This document shows positions 26,048-32,000 of a stretch of 32,000 nucleotides of DNA, one piece after another. The stretch covers positions 31,156 through 63,155 of the forward strand of contig BAAFSQ010000027.1 in the NCBI GenBank assembly GCA_054661495.1. Direction: 5' to 3'. The DNA is from Zygophlyctis sp. KS116. Lineage: Eukaryota > Fungi > Chytridiomycota. Under the pieces are notes generated by a model. That model made no database searches, was not told the origin of the DNA, and saw only the letters and a program-made list of their open reading frames with translations. Each line of letters opens with the position of its first letter. The stretch's first letter is position 1. A program made the position numbers and the translations under genes.

Positions 26048-28688
26048 CTATGACGTAATATTATACTGAACGATCATTTTTTCAACTTCTATAATATAAG
26101 CGAATTTTAAACATACTTGTTATTAGATGCTTCCCATAAGTGAATTTTTTCAATGAAGACAAATGAGGTCTTATTTGTTCAATAAGAATGATTTTCTGCT
26201 GCATTTCAATCGCTTCAAGCATCTTTTGAATAACATAATTTCCAAACTGATCTTTCATCATCGCTACCAAAGGTATTATACTAAAATCTATTAATATATA
26301 GTATTTACCCATCAGGTCGCATTGTTATGATTTCATCGAGCAATTCCTGGCGATCGTGTTTGGAGCCATGTAAAATGCATTTCTCCACAACATTTGAAGC
26401 AAATTTATGCTTGGAGTAATTCAAAACATTTCCTTTTACCCTGGAGACCACATATGCCCTATCCTTTGGATTGCCTCTTTCTATGACATGCTGAATCACA
26501 TAATTTCCATACTGATCTTGAACTAAATTTGTAGAAACTCTGTGTAATTCTTCTAAGAGTGGGCCCTAGTATTTTAATTTTTAAAAGCTTATACCGTTTT
26601 ATCCTCTGGACAATGTTCAAAAATTCTCTGGATAACACGACATCCATAAGGATGCGTAGCCAAAGCAAATATCTGACCAGTGAATGCTTCAATTATAAAG
26701 TCGATTTTTTCGATAGATATACGCTCGATAGCCTTTTGAATGACATGATTACCATTTTGATCTTTGATACATTTTAAAACATTTCCATTTAATTCATTAA
26801 TTATTTCGGTTTGCTGTGATGAGCCAACGTGTTCTAACGCTTTTTGAACAACTCTGCATCCATACATTTGAAGAGAAAGGCTCAAAACATGACCTTCCAT
26901 GCATTTAGCAAGAGCTTGCTTTTGATCCTGTGTCCCAAATTCAAAAAATTTCTGAATAACGTAATTTCCAAAAACATCAGTCATCAGGTCCAACACATGA
27001 GGAAGAATTTCATTGAATACAAGCTGCTTTTCTGATAAATTAGCAACCTCAATCTTTTGTTGAATGAATCGTGACCCATGCTGATCACCACTAAATTCAA
27101 CAATATTTCCCAAAATATCCTAATTGTTATAAAAAAATGATCTTACGGTAAGCTCAAAGTTTTTGGTTTTGCTATTTCTAAATTCTTCTAAGAGGGCACT
27201 TCGAGTTTCACGGCCTTTATCTGGCTGAGGCGAAGACGGTCTGGGTGACCGAGAATTCTTATCCCTTAATGTTTGTCCAGGTCCAGGTCCCGGTCTCTGC
27301 TTCTCTTGTGATCCACGATAAGGAGATCTGAATCCCCCATAACGATCATCCACAGGTACAGGATTAGCACCATTATCATATGGCCCTAATCTAGCCTGCG
27401 CACTCATTGGTCTTTCAAAAACAGGATTTGTCAGAGCAGCATTATTTCCAAATCCAAGCTGCTGGAATTCATAATCCGCATACATATCCATCTCTAAAAA
27501 TTATTTTTAAAATATAATACCCTTTGTATTCTTTGTAGTGTATCCATTATAGTGTCTTGGACTTACAAATTGTGGACTGTTATTATTAAAGTTTGAGAAT
27601 TTCGACTCATCCTACTACATCATTTTAAAAAACCTACATCTCTCAGGTCCAAATTCTTCAAAGCATAATTTATATCCGGCGCAGGAGACATCAAAGTCGA
27701 CCTTGTAGGTGGAGTAGAATAAGCCCTAGGAGGAACATCCTTAAATTCACTTTCCAAGAGCGCAGAACTTAATACTGAAGCAGCCATAACAGTACTATGA
27801 TCATCATTTGCATCATTCCAATCTCCTCTTAAAATCTCCTCCTTAAACACCTGTTGTAGATCAGATGAAGGATGAGATGGTCTATTAAATGATAATAGAG
27901 GAGGAGACGCAGATCTTTCAAACCCATTAATTAAATCCACAAAAGGTTTTCTCTTTACCGAATAAGACGGATCACTTCTAGTTTGATTAATTGAAGAGAC
28001 TGGAGAAGGAGCTAAAAGATCAGGAGGAGCATTTCTATTCCAAGGAGATCCTTGTCCTACCTTTGGAGGCGATCCCTCTTCCAAACTAAATCCTCTAATC
28101 TAAAATATTTAATCTTGTAAACCTTACTCTATCTTGAGAATTTCTAGACAATGGTCTTGTAAGATTATTATCCGCAGATCTTAAATAATCCAATCCATTC
28201 CCAAGTCCTGGAGGACCTTGAGACCCTTGTAAACCCGATAAATCCGCCTGAATTGGAAATTCCATCTGATTCTGACTAGGACTATTCTGACTAGAACTAT
28301 TCTGAATATGATTACTAGACTGATTAGAAGTCGCCGACAATCCAGGAGGAGCCCAAACTTGCCAAGATTGCCCTGGAGAATACAGCGGAGGAGGAAGTCT
28401 AGAATCAAGTCTAGAATGCAAATGATAATATGCAGCATATTCTGGATCCATTCTAGGATCAGAATCATCATGATCCTATTAATTTTTATAAAATTATAAA
28501 ATTACCATCAATTGTACTGGAGGAGCCGATGTTGATCTTGACATATCCTTATTATTATTAGAATCTCCAAAGTTTCTAGACATTAAAGCAGCCAACTAAA
28601 GTCAGATCTAAAGACTTACTTGTCCTTTTGGAGCTGCATTAGCTTTAGGTTGTATAACAGTTGGCAATGCATTATCTCTATTTTCCAT
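26048..28688 (-). CDS. PUF3: Pumilio/Puf3-type PUF RNA-binding protein, ~10 exons
   Basis: Eight PUF repeats with recognition motifs SRFIQ, NYVIQ, CRVVQ, NHVIQ, CRVIQ, NYVIQ, SNVVE, NYVIQ (canonical UGUAnAUA code). Ends YGKHLITKVEK. ATG at 28688. Confidence 0.9.
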
Positions 28689-29075
28689 AATATAAATTCT
28701 AAAGTTGGGACAGTGCCTACGCAATTTGATCAGCGAAAAAAAACTTGACCTAAAGCCAACTGTCGTCACCCAAACACTCTAAAAAATTTCAAACCTAGAC
28801 TTTATTAAATTACAAGTCCAGAACTTATTAGAGTAAACACAACTCCAAGAGACAGGAATACACCAGACAAGATTCCACTAGGAACTTCAAAATAAACCTT
28901 TTTAGAATGTAAACAACTAGAATTATTTTTTATAGATTTACTAAATGTAAATACACGTGGTGAAAATCCCAAAAGTCAGAGAGAGAAATGAATTAAATTT
29001 ATAGTCCTAGTTTTAAACTATTTTACAATATACATACAATAAGCATTTTTCTTTAATTTAAAATTTTCGTGATAA

Positions 29076-29210
29076 AAGTCTAAAGTCTATAAGAAAGTCT
29101 ATAAGAAAGTCTAAAGCACTAAATAAAAAGTGAAAACTCTAGAGTAAAAAGTGAAAACTCTATAAGAAAGAGTAAAAAGTAAGAAAAAGTAAAAAGTAAA
29201 AAGTAAAAAG
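29076..29210 (+). repeat. A-rich composite minisatellite upstream of ELP5
   Basis: AAGTCTATAAGA x2, TAAAAAGTGAAAACTCTA x2 and several GTAAAAA units. Confidence 0.8.
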
Positions 29211-29218
29211 TTTAGGAG

Positions 29219-29896
29219 ATGAAATTTCCAATTTTAATTTTGGATTCTTTAGAAAATGTTTTTGTTTCAGATTCTTTTAAAAAGTTTTCAGGCCTGGAAT
29301 ATGAAATTTTGGGAATTTCTTCTTTTAAATCTAAATCTATAGTTTTAATAAAGGATTTGAATCAGTTTATTTTATCAAAGAATTTACAAGATTCTTGCAA
29401 GGAATTATACAAGATTTTAAAGGAAAATTCAAATATTATTCTACTTTTGCATACAGATTTAATACAAGCTTCAAAATTACAGATTATAGAGTTTTGTAAG
29501 GCTAAAGCTGGAACTATTCTGGAATATAGTCTTGGGAAAATGGTTTTAATTCAGAAAAAGAAGAATATCCAAGAGAAAGTTTATCAGGTTTTAGGATCAG
29601 AAATAACTCCTCTCTCTAGTTCTACTTCATATACTACTACAACTACTACTACAAATACTGTCGTAAAAAATACAGTCGATTTGGAACCTCAAAAGACACA
29701 TATTGCATCTTCAAACTCTCCACTACCAACTACAACAATGAATCTTTCAAGGTCGGAAAATGCAAGTGCTGCTAGAGAGGAATTAGTGCTTCCTCATACA
29801 AGAATAATCTCTCAAAATGAAACTAGTGGGCTTATCTACTATTCACATGATTTATTAGATGCTTTAGATGATGAAGACGATGATTTAGATTTCTGA
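29219..29896 (+). CDS. ELP5: Elongator subunit Elp5/Iki1-like, intronless
   Basis: LILDSL, LLLHTD and the C-terminal signature TMNLS..AREELVLP..GLIYY..DDEDDDLDF. Confidence 0.7.
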   Translation: MKFPILILDSLENVFVSDSFKKFSGLEYEILGISSFKSKSIVLIKDLNQFILSKNLQDSCKELYKILKENSNIILLLHTDLIQASKLQIIEFCKAKAGTILEYSLGKMVLIQKKKNIQEKVYQVLGSEITPLSSSTSYTTTTTTTNTVVKNTVDLEPQKTHIASSNSPLPTTTMNLSRSENASAAREELVLPHTRIISQNETSGLIYYSHDLLDALDDEDDDLDF

Positions 29897-30262
29897 GATT
29901 TAAAAGATTTATGAGATTTAAAAGATTCAGGTTGTTTTTCATATGCATTCTTTTCACAAGAGTCATCGTCACAGTCATCTTCAGAGGATTCATCAAAAGA
30001 AGATTTGGGTTTATGATAAATACAACAGACTTTTTAATAAGATTACAAGTAAATTACTCTTGGATTTCTTCTTATTCATGTATTCATTATCTACAGTGTC
30101 TTGAGACCATCTAACTCTAGGTCTGTCTTGTGATTCTAAAGATAATGATCCAACAATAAAGGCAGAATTTGTTTCATTTGTAGTTGGGGTTTCATTAGAG
30201 TCTTGTAGAGTTACAGTAGTAGTGGTGCAAGGTTGATCTAAATTGTTGTTGAAAGTTTGCAT
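29839..30262 (-). CDS. YPI1: PP1 inhibitor-3 (Ypi1/PPP1R11), 2 exons
   Basis: RVRWSQDTVDNEYMNKKKSK|ICCIYHKP (28-nt intron 30030-30057), NAYEKQP. Stop TAG at 29841-29839. Confidence 0.92.
29894..29929 (+). repeat. 18-nt tandem duplication starting at the ELP5 stop codon
   Basis: TGAGATTTAAAAGATTTA / TGAGATTTAAAAGATTCA. Confidence 0.9.
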
Positions 30263-30292
30263 CTTTTTCTAAAAAGTTTTTTTTTGTTATTG

Positions 30293-31504
30293 TTAGACAA
30301 GTTGTGCTTGCCGCGCCTTGATCTTATCCTTGACATTTTTCCCAGCCTCCTCATTCTCCTTGATGTCTCTAGTCTCTTTTATAGTATTGTCCAGAGACTG
30401 TAATCCAATTGTACTAGGAAACTGATGACATTCCAAATCCTTTAAAAGTAATTCATCCAATTCTCTTTCTACATCTTCCATATCCATTGAATCTTGAGAA
30501 AAATCTTGTATTGCATCCTGTACTTGCTGTACATTAGCCAAAGTATCTGATAAATTATCCAAAGTATCTTGAACAGAGTCTATTGTCAATCCAGAATCCT
30601 TTAAAACCATTTCTAAAACTTTTGAACTAGAATCATATGCATTCATTAATTCCTTGTCCATGTTTAGAGACTCTATTTTTAACAAGACTGTTTCTAAATT
30701 TGTCATACTTTCATGTCTTTTATCCAAGAGTGATTCTAAAACTTTTAAATGTTTTAGTGTTTGTAATGCTTGAATTTTCTTATTTTGAGCCATAAATCCC
30801 TTAATTTCCATTTTTAAAACTCTAGATTTTTCAAACATGTCTTGAATTTGATTTTTTAACCTTTTTATAGTCTTTTTAACATTAATTATCCCTTGATCTA
30901 CGACTGTAATTTCTTTACTATCTAGAGTAATTTTCTTGATTAATAAACCATCCTTTAATTTTAAACAAGCTAAAATCCCTTTTTGAGTCCAAAATTCCAC
31001 TAGTAAATCTACATCTTTTAAAGATAAATTAAAAATTTCTTGTAAATCTTGTACTTGCATTGCATCATTCCCTAATTTATCGTAATATTTTCCAATACTA
31101 GACTCTAAACAAGGTACAAAAATAAATCTCTCTCTTTCTACTAGATCTGAAGATTTAAAAAATTGAAAATAATTCCAAACTTTTTGTAGCATTGATTTTG
31201 ACCAATATTCATTTTCTGAAATTAACAGTCTACTTTCCTTCCATTCTTTCAATAAAGTATTAAATCCCAATGGTTTTAAATTATCAATTTTAAATTTCTC
31301 TTCCAAGTCCTTTGAGTCAAAAGTAAATTCACTTTCTGATAGTAATTTCTCTTGAGTTGCATTTCCAATGATTTTCTCCCAAAATATCAATTTATGCGAG
31401 TGTCTAGAAAGAGTTTCTGAATTTATAATAAAATTAGAATAATAAACTTGTAATTTCTCTTTAGACGCTGGCCATTCTGGATGATTTTTAAGAAATTCTT
31501 GCAT
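30293..31504 (-). CDS. CHMP7: CHMP7/Chm7-like ESCRT-II/III hybrid protein, intronless
   Basis: N-terminal YYSNF..FWEKII..LKPLGFNTLL winged-helix-like region followed by a Snf7 coiled coil (ALQTLK..NLETVLLKIE..MNAY..VQDTLDNL..VERELDEL). Confidence 0.8.
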   Translation of the reverse strand: MQEFLKNHPEWPASKEKLQVYYSNFIINSETLSRHSHKLIFWEKIIGNATQEKLLSESEFTFDSKDLEEKFKIDNLKPLGFNTLLKEWKESRLLISENEYWSKSMLQKVWNYFQFFKSSDLVERERFIFVPCLESSIGKYYDKLGNDAMQVQDLQEIFNLSLKDVDLLVEFWTQKGILACLKLKDGLLIKKITLDSKEITVVDQGIINVKKTIKRLKNQIQDMFEKSRVLKMEIKGFMAQNKKIQALQTLKHLKVLESLLDKRHESMTNLETVLLKIESLNMDKELMNAYDSSSKVLEMVLKDSGLTIDSVQDTLDNLSDTLANVQQVQDAIQDFSQDSMDMEDVERELDELLLKDLECHQFPSTIGLQSLDNTIKETRDIKENEEAGKNVKDKIKARQAQLV

Positions 31505-31508
31505 TATC

Positions 31509-31548
31509 TTGTATAATTTTGTTGAATTTTGTATAATTTTGTTGAATT
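31509..31548. repeat. 20-nt tandem duplication upstream of CHMP7
   Basis: TTGTATAATTTTGTTGAATT x2. Confidence 0.9.
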
Positions 31549-31850
31549 ACAGTGAATTTAGTGGAATTTCACACCTAATAAAAAATTATTAGGGTATAAA
31601 ATTGTTTTAATAAAGGCTTATATACTCCTGAACTGCTTCCTTCTAATCGTTTTGATAGTACTTGGTAATCTTGTTTGTGATTATCGGACATGTAGCTCTA
31701 GAAATATAATGTAGTTAAAAGTCATCAAGTGAATTTTAAGAATTGCACATCTTGAATAATGTAGATGTTGAATACTTGAAGTGTTTGATTATCCATTGGT
31801 ATTGATTGAAAGTTCTAAATAAAGATTGCGAGTGGCGTTTTTAGATTAAA

Positions 31851-32000
31851 ATGAATCCAACAGAGGACAATAGAACTGTTCCATCAGCAGTGAATGCATC
31901 GAACACAAATGATCTTCTGAGGAATGCATACGATATCTATACAGATAAAATACCCCTCCAAGCTTGCAAGTCTCAATGGAAAAAGGAAAATGTATTTGGA
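31851..32000 (+). CDS. Possible 5' end of an unidentified gene
   Basis: ATG at 31851 opens a stop-free frame to the window end (MNPTEDNRTVPSAVNASNTNDLLRNAYDIY..). No family recognised. Confidence 0.4.
   Translation, partial: MNPTEDNRTVPSAVNASNTNDLLRNAYDIYTDKIPLQACKSQWKKENVFG

Noticed and set aside
29076-29210. CRISPR or telomeric array
   Set aside because: Eukaryotic context, heterogeneous A-rich units, no spacers and no TTAGGG-type array.
31574-31593. CCTAATAA/TTATTAGG hairpin
   Set aside because: 8-bp AT-rich arms are expected by chance.

Overview
AT-rich, very gene-dense eukaryotic DNA, most plausibly from a flagellated early-diverging fungus (chytrid-like; inferred from fungal-type Cla4/Sog2/Sit4/Hut1/Ypi1 alongside UBXN11, RFX, a soluble-adenylyl-cyclase-like gene, a zeta/delta-class tubulin and a Crinkler-like gene). 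I reconstructed about 19 protein-coding genes by hand. They are split by roughly 65-70 GT-AG introns, nearly all 24-32 nt, so the ORF track fragments them. Intergenic gaps are often only 4-50 nt. Highlights: (1) an accessory island at 19.9-24.4 kb with two paralogous secreted or membrane proteins that share a ~98%-identical 214-nt pro-domain ending near a Kex2-type KR site, followed by diverged HPD (J-domain-like) bodies, flanking an intronless CRN-like nuclease; (2) an ADCY10-like STAND protein with degenerate cyclase catalytic residues, consecutive 4-nt and 6-nt microexons, and one in-frame TGA inside a perfect palindrome; (3) a 58-nt antisense coding overlap between ELP5 and YPI1; (4) a probable zeta-tubulin. 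Family calls come from recalled motifs, not database searches.
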